From: a virus
Length of the DNA: 64,000 bases
Reading direction: 5' to 3' (one strand)
IMG/VR virus record: IMGVR_UViG_3300034060_000856
Coordinates: 1 to 64,000 of that record
Shown: in pieces, positions 37,649-47,273 of the stretch
How the letters are laid out: every line of letters begins with the position of its first letter
How positions within the stretch are numbered: position 1 is the stretch's first letter
The notes under the pieces: generated by a model
The model's input: the letters and a program-made list of their open reading frames with translations, nothing else
Databases searched by the model: none
Told to the model about the DNA's origin: nothing
Made by a program: the position numbers and the translations under genes

Positions 37649-38707
37649 ATGAAAATAATATTAACAGAATCACAATTAAAATTAATCACTGAAGCATCAT
37701 TGGCTTATGATGAAGAATTTAAAAAACTTGTAAGGGGGTTTGAAGGTAAGGTTATTGACCCAACAACAAAAAAACACATTACTTATGATGATGAAACAGG
37801 AAAACCAATAACATCGTCAAAACAACTTAAAGGTACTATGACAATTGGTTATGGTACAACAGACGATATTTATCCAGAAATGAGACCTGGTCAAAAAATT
37901 TCAGATTCAGTTGCAAACGAATTACTCAGTAAAGGTATAACAAAAAAAGAAGACGATTTAAGAAGGTTATTACCTAATTTTGATAAATACCCAAGGTATG
38001 TTCGTGCCGCGTTATTAAACGCCAAATATAGAGGTGATTTAGGATCAAAAACAATTGAGTTAATAAATCAACGTAAGTGGGATTCTGTCTCAAGAGAGTA
38101 CTTGGATCACTCAAACTATAAAAACCCAGATAAATTTCCTGGTGTTGTTGCTAGGATGAAATCTAATGGTGATGCGTTTGATAGATATGCGAAAGAATTG
38201 AAAAACCCAACCAAACAACAAACAACAACTCAAAATGATTTTACTGACCCAATACTTTTATCTTTAGAGTCAAGACTTAAAATGTCAACATCTATGAAGG
38301 TTCATAGATTTAAAACAAATAAAGGTTATAGATTAGAAGTAGGGCCGTATCCACCACCAGCTAGAGAAGGACGTTATTTAGTATTTTTTAGGGATGGAAG
38401 GATTATATGGTATAATGGAAATAATTTTGATAGCTATGTTGGTAGGTGGGGCAGTACAACATTAGTATTTAACCAAGTACAATCTAAAACTGGTATAACA
38501 TCATTAAAGGACGCTTTAAATAATCCGGTAAAACATTTTGCAACAACTACAAAAACTGGTGGTGTGTATTACACCGTAAAACAAAATGATACATTATCAA
38601 AAATTGCCGCAAATTACGATAAATCTGTTACACCACAATCAATAGTCAAATTGAATAATCTAAAGGGCGGAATCATACGACCTGGTCAAAAATTAAGAAT
38701 TAAATAA
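37649..38707 (+). CDS. leader + T4-type lysozyme + C-terminal LysM
   Basis: FEG...YDD...TIGYG; YTVKQNDTLSKIA...LNNL...I.PGQKLRI. Confidence 0.87.
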   Translation: MKIILTESQLKLITEASLAYDEEFKKLVRGFEGKVIDPTTKKHITYDDETGKPITSSKQLKGTMTIGYGTTDDIYPEMRPGQKISDSVANELLSKGITKKEDDLRRLLPNFDKYPRYVRAALLNAKYRGDLGSKTIELINQRKWDSVSREYLDHSNYKNPDKFPGVVARMKSNGDAFDRYAKELKNPTKQQTTTQNDFTDPILLSLESRLKMSTSMKVHRFKTNKGYRLEVGPYPPPAREGRYLVFFRDGRIIWYNGNNFDSYVGRWGSTTLVFNQVQSKTGITSLKDALNNPVKHFATTTKTGGVYYTVKQNDTLSKIAANYDKSVTPQSIVKLNNLKGGIIRPGQKLRIK

Positions 38708-38785
38708 AAGTTTTAATTGATTTTTACGAACCAATGTTTAAACATTTGGAATCCAAGTAATATTTATTTGTATAAAATTTAATTT

Positions 38786-39250
38786 ATGAAAAAAGTAGTA
38801 AGACTAACAGAAGCTGATTTGACAAGAATTATTAAACGAGTAATTAGTGAAGCAACAAATGTACAATCACAAGAAAAGATTATGGTGCTTAGGAATAATG
38901 CTAAAGGAGAAGCAAAAATGAGTCCTTGTTGGACAAAAGGTATGTGTCCTAGAGTAGATGCTGGAAAAATTTATAGAAATGAGTGTGAAGTTTGTGCTGG
39001 ACCTATAGCTGGTATTTTAATACCAACTGTTGGTGCTATTACTGGGGCAATTATTGGGATCACAAATAGAGCCGAACAACAAAAAAGAAGAGTTCAAGAG
39101 AACGAATGGATAAAAACTAACCCAGAACTTCAAGACAGAACGTTTACATATTTTAAAGATGGTAGTGTACAAGCAATTAAAGATGGATTTGCTGAAGATG
39201 TTATGATATTAGAAAAAGGTGGGACTTGGAAAAAATTAAGTGATTACTAA
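38786..39250 (+). CDS. leader-bearing protein with a hydrophobic segment
   Basis: MKKVVRLTEADLTRIIKRVISE. Confidence 0.8.
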   Translation: MKKVVRLTEADLTRIIKRVISEATNVQSQEKIMVLRNNAKGEAKMSPCWTKGMCPRVDAGKIYRNECEVCAGPIAGILIPTVGAITGAIIGITNRAEQQKRRVQENEWIKTNPELQDRTFTYFKDGSVQAIKDGFAEDVMILEKGGTWKKLSDY

Positions 39251-39307
39251 ATAAAGAAAAAGTAATTGGTGTTTGACATAACGACATTTTTGTTTTATAT
39301 TTTACAT

Positions 39308-39838
39308 ATGCCAAAAAAACAAAAATATACTTTAGAACAAATCAAAACAAAGACAACAGATAAACTGTTCAAAAAGTTAGAAGTTTTATATGAACTATTT
39401 AAACGAAATCTAACTTTATATAAAAAATATAAAGCATTAGAAGACCAAGAATACGTTGAAATGTTTATTAGTATGTTTCGTAGTCCTATCTGGGACGTAA
39501 CATCAACATCCTTTTTTAAAAGTGGTTTAAAGTCAACTTGTGTACCTGACATCAAATCTAAAGACAATGTTGATGATCATTTTATACAACGTGTTAAAGC
39601 TGCTAAGTTTCTTTTTGAAATTTTTTATGAGAATCCAAAAACAACCTTTGTTTCATTTTTAAATTTTTTAATAAAATACGGATCAACAATAGCTTTGACA
39701 AAAGAAGAACATAATCTTGTTACCAGTACTGCAAAGAAGAACAAAGAACTTATGAACTATCAAATATATGAATCTTGTGGTGTTGAAATACCTGGACTAA
39801 ATGAACTTTTACAATCATTAGAAATAGAATCAACTTAA
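39308..39838 (+). CDS. hypothetical protein (possible degenerate HNH-like)
   Basis: DH...R, T...TKEEH. Confidence 0.55.
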   Translation: MPKKQKYTLEQIKTKTTDKLFKKLEVLYELFKRNLTLYKKYKALEDQEYVEMFISMFRSPIWDVTSTSFFKSGLKSTCVPDIKSKDNVDDHFIQRVKAAKFLFEIFYENPKTTFVSFLNFLIKYGSTIALTKEEHNLVTSTAKKNKELMNYQIYESCGVEIPGLNELLQSLEIEST

Positions 39839-39876
39839 TTTTTTATTTTATTTGATATTTATAATAAAATATCAAA

Positions 39877-40428
39877 ATGAAAAAAGACATTCTTTTATCC
39901 GAAGACCAATTAAAAAAATTAATATATAAAATAATTAAAGAAGTTCGCGGTGGTTATGACGATTATGATGTTATGGCAACACACGCTGAATCCTCAATGA
40001 AAACAATGATCCATTCTCTCTCGGATCTTACAGCATCCTTATTGAATATGATCCAGTCAGTGGCATTTCTTGATGATCCAATCGGTTCTAAAGGTTTTTT
40101 TGAGTCTGCAAATGAATTTATTTCTTTAGTTGATGATTATAGGGATGTAAACAAAATTGTTTATAGAGACTTTTCTGAAGATGAAGTGATTAACGCCGGA
40201 CGGAAGCTTCTAAAAAAACTTAACACACTCCAAGAAAATTTAAGAAGGATACAAACATTTGGTAGAGAATTTTTTCAATCAAATGATGATTTTAAAGAAA
40301 AATTTAAAAATTACGCCATTGACGTTTTCCAAAGTATTCAAGATTATGACCAAACTCTTGAGAAAACACATAATATGTTTGCCGGAAGATTATCTGGAAA
40401 GGGACGACAAAAAAACGAAGAATCTTAA
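39877..40428 (+). CDS. leader-bearing helical protein
   Basis: LLSEDQLKKLI.KIIKE. Confidence 0.8.
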   Translation: MKKDILLSEDQLKKLIYKIIKEVRGGYDDYDVMATHAESSMKTMIHSLSDLTASLLNMIQSVAFLDDPIGSKGFFESANEFISLVDDYRDVNKIVYRDFSEDEVINAGRKLLKKLNTLQENLRRIQTFGREFFQSNDDFKEKFKNYAIDVFQSIQDYDQTLEKTHNMFAGRLSGKGRQKNEES

Positions 40429-40430
40429 AG

Positions 40431-40688
40431 ATGAGAAAAATAATAATAACAGAAAATCAACTACAATATGTTGTTGATTCAGTAGGTAAAAAAAAATCAA
40501 TACAAGAATCAATTTATGATTCTGAAAAAATGTATTCTAAAGAATATGTTAATTCTGTAACTAGGACAGCACCCAAATACGTCAAAAAAGTAATTAAAAA
40601 TTTACCAGAATATGACTGTCCAAATCGTCCTGGTAAATGTGTTAAAATTCCAGAGATGATTTTTCAATATATAAAAGGTAATTTCTAG
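40431..40688 (+). CDS. leader-bearing protein
   Basis: MRKIIITENQL. Confidence 0.8.
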   Translation: MRKIIITENQLQYVVDSVGKKKSIQESIYDSEKMYSKEYVNSVTRTAPKYVKKVIKNLPEYDCPNRPGKCVKIPEMIFQYIKGNF

Positions 40689-40721
40689 GTTATTGGTATA
40701 TTTATATATAAATAATATATT

Positions 40722-41027
40722 ATGAAAACAGTTAGACTAACAGAATCAGATTTAAGAAGAATAATTAATAGAATTTTAAAAGAAGACGAAATTGATTTAG
40801 CGGATGACGTTAAAGCATTTGAAGATCATAGTGACATTCCTGGATGCGATCCATCAAGTCTAGATTTTCAAATGTGTACAACAGAAGCTTTTAAAAAATT
40901 GCCAGCTGAAGAATTTCTTGCTTTATTTACAAAATTATCTAATCAATCTAAAGAACCATTAGAAAACCCAATGGAAAAAATGGGTACTATGGCAGAATCT
41001 AGAAGAAGAAGATACGGAAGAAAATAA
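40722..41027 (+). CDS. leader-bearing protein
   Basis: MKTVRLTESDLRRIINRILKE; ends ESRRRRY. Confidence 0.8.
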   Translation: MKTVRLTESDLRRIINRILKEDEIDLADDVKAFEDHSDIPGCDPSSLDFQMCTTEAFKKLPAEEFLALFTKLSNQSKEPLENPMEKMGTMAESRRRRYGRK

Positions 41028-41042
41028 AAAAAATTGTTGGTA

Positions 41043-41468
41043 TCAAGCGATACCAACAATTTCTAAATCAAAAATTAACTTTTTTCCTGCTAAAGGGTGA
41101 TTTGCATCCAAAACAACAGTTTCTTCTTTAACCTCTAATACGTTAAAATTTACAATACCCATAGGAGTTTCCGTTTGTAAAACGTGACCAACTTCTACTT
41201 CTTGTGGTACTCTATCTTTTGGTACTTCTTGAACCATACCTTCGTTTACATCACCATAAGCATCAGCTGATTCAATCTCAACAGTCTTTTTATCACCAAC
41301 TTGCATTTCTAATAAACCTTGTTCAAATCCACGAATAAGCTGTCCTTGTCCTAACGTTGCAACTAACGGCTCACGGCCTTCTGTCAATGATGAATCAAAA
41401 ATAGACCCATCTTCTAGTCTTCCTGTGTAATTTACAGTCACAGTACTGTTTTCATTAATTTTTGTCAT
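41043..41468 (-). CDS. FKBP-type peptidyl-prolyl isomerase (SlyD/SlpA-like)
   Basis: V.YTG.L.DG..FDSS, G.GQLI.GFE, AYG, DANHPLAGK.L.F. Confidence 0.95.
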   Translation of the reverse strand: MTKINENSTVTVNYTGRLEDGSIFDSSLTEGREPLVATLGQGQLIRGFEQGLLEMQVGDKKTVEIESADAYGDVNEGMVQEVPKDRVPQEVEVGHVLQTETPMGIVNFNVLEVKEETVVLDANHPLAGKKLIFDLEIVGIA

Positions 41469-41519
41469 AACTTTTTTTTATACAAAGTTAGAATATTTAT
41501 TTTAATAAGTCAAATTAAA

Positions 41520-42023
41520 ATGAGAAAAATTATTATCACAGAAAATCAATTAAGATTACTTTTAGAAAATCAAGAATATATTGATTCATTATTAGATAAA
41601 ATAAGTACAAAGGGTGTTGAGTCATTAACTCCCAGTGAAAAGAAATATTTAGATGGTCTATCATCACACGAAGGGCATATGGATGATTACGATAATCCAA
41701 ACTATAAAGATGATTATGATGAAAGAAGAGGAGAGAAAATAACCTCATCATTACCAAACTTACCACAAGTACAATTTATTTTTGATTATGAAGAACGTGA
41801 GGGAGACGAAATACTATTATACGGATCCGTATATTTCCAAGGGAATGAATATATTGGTGTTATTATTACAAACAATAACGGAAATTTAATTGACTTTGAT
41901 TTTGAAATTGCAGAACTCAGCTATGATGAATCAGAAGTGACCAATTTACTAGATGATGCAGAAGGTTTAGAACACGAATTAAGTGTATTTTTTGAAGATG
42001 ATGTTATTCCGACTTTAATGTAA
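41520..42023 (+). CDS. leader + DUF6576-like helix pair + acidic domain
   Basis: IDSLLDKIS..G..SLT..EK..L. Confidence 0.75.
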   Translation: MRKIIITENQLRLLLENQEYIDSLLDKISTKGVESLTPSEKKYLDGLSSHEGHMDDYDNPNYKDDYDERRGEKITSSLPNLPQVQFIFDYEEREGDEILLYGSVYFQGNEYIGVIITNNNGNLIDFDFEIAELSYDESEVTNLLDDAEGLEHELSVFFEDDVIPTLM

Positions 42024-42025
42024 CT

Positions 42026-42241
42026 ATGGTAGATTTTTTCAAATATCTTATAATCCAACTAATGAACAAATATGGTTCGTTTATGTGGTTTGGGACTCAC
42101 CTATCTATGACACAAATAGAATGGCACTATTTAATTGAAACTTTTTTATGTATTTTTGTTAACTTTTTAATTTTATTTTCATTATATTTGCAATACAAAG
42201 AAGAAGAAAATGAAAAATTACGAAAAACTAACAATACCTGA
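42026..42241 (+). CDS. small membrane protein
   Basis: hydrophobic segments. Confidence 0.6.
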   Translation: MVDFFKYLIIQLMNKYGSFMWFGTHLSMTQIEWHYLIETFLCIFVNFLILFSLYLQYKEEENEKLRKTNNT

Positions 42242-42800
42242 AGAATCCGCTTGGAATAGGAAAGGGTTATCTGCACGTATTTGGAGAAACCTACATTGGA
42301 GAATAAGATACTTTATTGGTGGGTGTAAAAATATAATAAGGTGGATACCAACATTATATAAAGATAAGGATTGGGACGAATGGTATATCTACACTATTTT
42401 ACAAAAGAAAATTGAGTTCCAAAGAAAGGAAATTATCTATGCAAACCGTCATATACAAGTTGATCGTGATAATCGTGATATGACTATTGTTTTAAATCTC
42501 ATAGAAAGAGTAAAAGAAGAACATTATGGGTCGGAGTATCTTGATTACTCTGAAAGTAAAATTAGATTTGAGGTAATTGAGGGGGATAGAGAGCTTTACT
42601 CAATGGAGGAAGATGTTATATCAGAAACTTATGATGACTATTTAAAAAAATATCCGTCAAGTGTTCGTAAAGTATTAAAAGAAAAACCTAACCTTAATAA
42701 AAAAGATTTGTGTTATTATGTTGCAAAACATAATGGAGAAAGGGCACACGATCTTTTACATAGAGTATTAAAAGAAAGAATGAAATTGTGGTGGGACTAA
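42210..42800 (+). CDS. conserved phage protein (W.P...KD.DWD...WWD)
   Basis: motif pattern common in large phages. Confidence 0.75.
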   Translation: MKNYEKLTIPEESAWNRKGLSARIWRNLHWRIRYFIGGCKNIIRWIPTLYKDKDWDEWYIYTILQKKIEFQRKEIIYANRHIQVDRDNRDMTIVLNLIERVKEEHYGSEYLDYSESKIRFEVIEGDRELYSMEEDVISETYDDYLKKYPSSVRKVLKEKPNLNKKDLCYYVAKHNGERAHDLLHRVLKERMKLWWD

Positions 42801-42944
42801 ATGTGTACAAAGTAAAAAATAAAGAAACTTATAACCAGTTAAATTCGTTATTAGTTGGTTGGTGTTTTTTTAGACACGAAGATGGTGAATACTTTATTAA
42901 AGCACCACTTAATAAGACAATTAAAAATTTAATAGAAATGGGTT

Positions 42945-43226
42945 CTATTTTTGAGTTAAGTCAAAAGACGACTGAATAATAATATCTTTTTTATCCCCAA
43001 CAACACTCCAAGCTCTTTGTACTAACATCTCTAACCCAATAGGGTAAACTTCGTCTAATTTTGTTGGGTCATCAACAAATAATGTAATATTTATTAGGTG
43101 TGATTTTTTACTCCTTACATATGTTATGTTACTTATTTTCACATAACTACTTTCACCAAAAAGTTGAGTCAAATTTTTACATAATTGTTTGTCAAAAAAT
43201 AGTTGTAGATATTTCTTTCTATTCAT
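42945..43226 (-). CDS. hypothetical protein
   Basis: ATG ORF. Confidence 0.6.
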   Translation of the reverse strand: MNRKKYLQLFFDKQLCKNLTQLFGESSYVKISNITYVRSKKSHLINITLFVDDPTKLDEVYPIGLEMLVQRAWSVVGDKKDIIIQSSFDLTQK

Positions 43227-43305
43227 ATAATAAATTATAACCAGCAAATGTTCATTTGACAAGTTAAATTGTGTGTAATCATTAAAACTTTAATATTTAT
43301 TGTAT

Positions 43306-43899
43306 ATGAAATTTATACTTTTAATATTATTCTGTTTTAAAATTATTATAAGTATTGGACAATGTAATGGTGTACAATCTTTTACATTAAATCCGGCTCC
43401 AGTTAATAATACTTATAACCCAGGACAAGTGGTAACTATGTGTTATACAATGAATGGATATACTCAAGCTGGAACAAACTGGATTGAAGGATTTGATCTA
43501 ACATTAGGACCGGGTTGGGGTTCAGTTACACCACAATCAGCTCCGGCAAACTGTGGTGGTAATGCAACTGGGGGTCAATGGGTTTGGAAGACTTCCGTAA
43601 CCTCAACAACAACGCCAATTGTAACGGTTGGTCCTGGTTATTTCTTTGATTTAACCGTTGATGGTAACCCAGGTAATGATTTTGGTGATGCCGGATCCTG
43701 TGTTTGGACATTCTGTGTCACTTTAACTGTTACAAACGTATGTACACCACAAAATTTACTAATACAAGTAACTCCTGGATCAGATGGAATGTGGGGGAGT
43801 TACACAAGCACAACTTGTGACGTTGCAACACCTTTTGCCGTATTTAACGGAATAATAAACATAACCCTACCAACAGTAGGACCAATAAACCATAATTAA
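43306..43899 (+). CDS. secreted Cys/Thr/Gly-rich beta protein
   Basis: Sec signal ending before Q; ends GPINHN. Confidence 0.8.
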   Translation: MKFILLILFCFKIIISIGQCNGVQSFTLNPAPVNNTYNPGQVVTMCYTMNGYTQAGTNWIEGFDLTLGPGWGSVTPQSAPANCGGNATGGQWVWKTSVTSTTTPIVTVGPGYFFDLTVDGNPGNDFGDAGSCVWTFCVTLTVTNVCTPQNLLIQVTPGSDGMWGSYTSTTCDVATPFAVFNGIINITLPTVGPINHN

Positions 43900-43902
43900 T
43901 TT

Positions 43903-44466
43903 ATGAAAAAACTATTATTTTCTCTTATGATGTTGATAACCGGAGTGGTATCAGCTCAATCAACAGTAAACCCAGACACAGTTTGCTACCAAACTAACGG
44001 ATCAACCTATACTGTACCCTCTTTAGGTGTTGGTTATACCTACACTTGGACAGTTTTAGCACCTGGAACACTAACATCCGGACAAGGTACTAACTCAATC
44101 AACGTAAACTGGTCTGCTGCAGCGTCCGGATTGATAAATAACGCCATCTCTGTCGTTGCGACAAGCCCAAGTGGGTGTCAAAGTACCCCAGTTACATTAA
44201 ACGTGTTTATATTGCAAGTAATACCTACCATTACAGCTATTGGACCTTACTGTTCAACAGACCCTTGTGTCAATTTAGTAGGTGCTCCAGCAGGTGGTAC
44301 TTGGTCTGGTACTGGTGTTAGTGGTAATCAGTTCTGTCCTAACCTTGCAAGTAGTGGTTCTAACACTGTAACTTATACTGTAACACAAGGCGGATGTACG
44401 TTTTCAACAACAAGTACTGTAATTGTTAACGCTCAACCAGTATTATCGCCGATACAACACAATTAA
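43903..44466 (+). CDS. secreted PKD/Ig-like protein
   Basis: signal peptide; YTWTV..G...SGQGTNSI.V.W, P.GG.WSG.GV; ends SPIQHN. Confidence 0.85.
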   Translation: MKKLLFSLMMLITGVVSAQSTVNPDTVCYQTNGSTYTVPSLGVGYTYTWTVLAPGTLTSGQGTNSINVNWSAAASGLINNAISVVATSPSGCQSTPVTLNVFILQVIPTITAIGPYCSTDPCVNLVGAPAGGTWSGTGVSGNQFCPNLASSGSNTVTYTVTQGGCTFSTTSTVIVNAQPVLSPIQHN

Positions 44467-45035
44467 TGAGGTATATTTTACTAATATTATTCATTTTTTA
44501 CGGGTTTTTATCCTTCACACAACAATTTATTGAGATATGTGAAGGATATACACCCACTTATACCTATTTTTCAACAACAAATGACCCTGGAAACAACGAA
44601 TGGACGGTAAATGGACAGTATTTTTACACAGAAGAGCTAGAAATTACGTGGAATACACCCGGAAATTATCAAATTAACGTAATTAGGTATTCAGATGGCT
44701 GTCCATCGCCAGAAATGACCTATAATGTAGCCGTAACACAATGTCCAGAGCTCATTTATTGGATACCAAACACATTTACACCTAACCAAGATGAGTTTAA
44801 TACCCTTTGGGGGCCTGTTTTTACCTCTGGATATGATGTTGATGGGTTTAAATTACTTGTTTTTAACCGTTGGGGTAACATTGTATGGGAATCTAACGAC
44901 CCAAATGGCCGTTGGGACGGTACATATGACAATAAAATGTGTTTAGATGGTGTTTATACGTGGAAAATTAATTTTGGGGTAAAAAATACGGACGAAAGGA
45001 AAGAAATACACGGTTTTGTGACTATAATTAGGTAA
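44466..45035 (+). CDS. secreted protein with T9SS type-B (gliding-motility-associated, CHU_C) CTD
   Basis: IPNTFTPN.D..N, FNRWG..V.ES, WDG, GVY.W.I, G.VTIIR*. Confidence 0.9.
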   Translation: MRYILLILFIFYGFLSFTQQFIEICEGYTPTYTYFSTTNDPGNNEWTVNGQYFYTEELEITWNTPGNYQINVIRYSDGCPSPEMTYNVAVTQCPELIYWIPNTFTPNQDEFNTLWGPVFTSGYDVDGFKLLVFNRWGNIVWESNDPNGRWDGTYDNKMCLDGVYTWKINFGVKNTDERKEIHGFVTIIR

Positions 45036-45036
45036 T

Positions 45037-45483
45037 TTACCACAAAAAATCATCATTTTCGGTATTAATTTCTTCAATTTTGATAATTTTTACGTTTTTT
45101 CCCTTATTTTTAACAGTAATTTCGTTTTCGTGGGGATAAAGTATGTTATTTCTAACAGTTTCACCCAAATTTATCTCATTTTTGGGTATTTTAGCCGTAA
45201 TTAAGTAGTATTTGTCACCTAAACCGGTCAAATATGAGTGATTTGAGAGTAAATCAGCCTTATTTTCGGCAAAATGTGACCCAATTTCGTCAAAATTGAT
45301 GTCTTTTTTGTCATTTACCCTTAAAATTCGGTATCCTTTGACCATTTCTGGTAGGTTTTTTAACCTATTTAGGTGGTATTTTAGCTCTTTTTCGGCCTCT
45401 TTTTCACTAAAATCCATCGTTTTTAGGGCTAAAATGAGCTCTTTTTTGTCTATTATTTCACTTAAAATGGGTAATAATTTCAT
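45037..45483 (-). CDS. putative ADP-ribosyltransferase-fold protein
   Basis: YR...GSHF...ENEI (R-S-ExE-like); short leader ending ILSE; TATTTAT upstream. Confidence 0.5.
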   Translation of the reverse strand: MKLLPILSEIIDKKELILALKTMDFSEKEAEKELKYHLNRLKNLPEMVKGYRILRVNDKKDINFDEIGSHFAENKADLLSNHSYLTGLGDKYYLITAKIPKNEINLGETVRNNILYPHENEITVKNKGKNVKIIKIEEINTENDDFLW

Positions 45484-45500
45484 ATAAATAAATACTTTAA

Positions 45501-45656
45501 TTAACTCTTTTTCTTATTGTATTTGATTTCTACCTCATATGGGCCGGAATTTGACTTATAATTGTCATATTTCCAGATCAAAACACAATCTTCGTGTTTA
45601 ATAACCCTCTCAAATGCCTTTCTTTCTACTTGTTTTTTAACTTTTTTGTCAATCAT
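45501..45656 (-). CDS. small basic protein
   Basis: 51-aa ORF behind TATATTTG. Confidence 0.55.
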   Translation of the reverse strand: MIDKKVKKQVERKAFERVIKHEDCVLIWKYDNYKSNSGPYEVEIKYNKKKS

Positions 45657-45732
45657 AGGATACAAATATAATAATAATTATTTAAAAAAAGAAACCCCTC
45701 TTGCGGAGGGGAGTAAAAAACTTAATAAAATG

Positions 45733-45966
45733 TTAATCTTGGGGTTCTTTATTATCCTCTTTAAAGAAGTTTGTTAAAAATTTACCAACAACACCAAATA
45801 TGATTGATGATACGATCATAATTTTAAGTTCCTGTGGTGTAAAAATTTCTTTTAAACTGTCATACTGCCAGATACCACCAACAGCAATTATTGTAGCTAC
45901 TGCTAATAATGAATCCCCAAGTTTTCTCCACTTTTTTGGGGTGGGTTTCCAATAATTTTTCATCAT
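45733..45966 (-). CDS. two-TM holin-like protein
   Basis: MMKNYWKPTPKKWRKLGD, 2 TM segments, charged tail; TATTTAT upstream. Confidence 0.65.
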   Translation of the reverse strand: MMKNYWKPTPKKWRKLGDSLLAVATIIAVGGIWQYDSLKEIFTPQELKIMIVSSIIFGVVGKFLTNFFKEDNKEPQD

Positions 45967-45997
45967 AATTGTTTTTATAATAAATATCTTTAAATTA

Positions 45998-46027
45998 AAA
46001 AAGGGACAGTAGCGAATTGTCCCTTTT
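45998..46027 (-). terminator. intrinsic terminator
   Basis: aaaagggaca/tgtccctttt. Confidence 0.8.
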
Positions 46028-46064
46028 GTGTTACCAATAACGGTAACGATCCTAAGCAAAACTT

Positions 46065-46604
46065 TTATTTACCTTTAATAATGTTTAAACACTGTTTTAA
46101 ATATTCTTTAGCTCTAGCCGATGGTGTAAATTCATCATCTTTTGATTGTAAAGCTAAAACTCTCTCAATATCTTTTACTAATTCTGTACCGTGTTCATTT
46201 TCTTTATATAGTTCAGATATTTTATCTAATGCTTTATGACATTCACCAGTTGTTTCATCGTGATAGTTTTTATTTCTAAACTTATCTAAATGATTCATCA
46301 TTTCATAAGCCAAATGTGATCCACCATCTTTTACATCATTAGCCCAACGGATATTATTTAAAATACCTAAAGTATCAACCATTGAATTAACACCAAAGGC
46401 TCTTTTTTTAATTCCGGGTGAATATTTCACATATTCATTTGCCTGACCAACCATTTCATCTAATGGTGTGATGTTTTCTGGAATACATCTAGGTTTTTTT
46501 TCTTTTTCTTCTTTAGCCGGACTAGACGGATTTGCATCTTCTTCTTTAAGAACTCTTTTAACGATTCTTTTGATATCTGACTCTGTCAATATAATTTCTT
46601 TCAT
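46065..46604 (-). CDS. leader-bearing protein
   Basis: MKEIILTESDIKRIVKRVLKEE. Confidence 0.85.
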   Translation of the reverse strand: MKEIILTESDIKRIVKRVLKEEDANPSSPAKEEKEKKPRCIPENITPLDEMVGQANEYVKYSPGIKKRAFGVNSMVDTLGILNNIRWANDVKDGGSHLAYEMMNHLDKFRNKNYHDETTGECHKALDKISELYKENEHGTELVKDIERVLALQSKDDEFTPSARAKEYLKQCLNIIKGK

Positions 46605-46680
46605 ATTATATATTTTTTTTAATAAATATTCTATAAACAATTAAATAATAAAGTATTTATAAACATAAATATCTATTGTT

Positions 46681-47271
46681 ATGGTAATTTTAGAAAATCT
46701 AATAAAGAAAGTTTTGAAAGAAGAGTTTTCAAAACCTATGGAATTGAAAAAACGTATAAAAATTTCAGAAAATTTAAAATACCATTTAGATAATCAAATA
46801 ACTTTATCTGAAAATATTTTTAGAATTTATTCACAGTCTTATTTTGATTTAATTAACGAAGTAAGAGATTTATATGAGGATAATTTAATTAATTTAAATC
46901 AGGAAGATAAATGGGTCGTTGAAAGTGATTTAGGGAAATCTGTTTTAAGTGAGGAACAGTTTAATTACGAAGACTTTTATGGTTCTGTAGAAAATGTAGA
47001 TCTATTGAATGAGGCCGAGTATCAAGGAAGAAATGTACAACTTGGAAAAATTATGCAAGGGGACATTAAGAAGTTTAAAGTTTATGTTAAAAACGACAAA
47101 GGAAAAGTTGTTAAAGTAAATTTTGGTTTTGGTGGTAAATCAGCAAAAGGTAAAAGAATGGTTATTAAAAAGAACAATCCAGAAAGAAGACGTTCTTTTA
47201 GAGCTAGACATAATTGTGATAATCCAGGCCCAAGATGGAAACCAAGATATTGGGCTTGTAAAACTTGGTAA
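46681..47271 (+). CDS. leader + basic SFRARH.C domain (conserved in large phages)
   Basis: LNE-AEYQGR...KKFKVYV...V.FG...RR.SFRARHNC...YWAC. Confidence 0.8.
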   Translation: MVILENLIKKVLKEEFSKPMELKKRIKISENLKYHLDNQITLSENIFRIYSQSYFDLINEVRDLYEDNLINLNQEDKWVVESDLGKSVLSEEQFNYEDFYGSVENVDLLNEAEYQGRNVQLGKIMQGDIKKFKVYVKNDKGKVVKVNFGFGGKSAKGKRMVIKKNNPERRRSFRARHNCDNPGPRWKPRYWACKTW

Positions 47272-47273
47272 AA

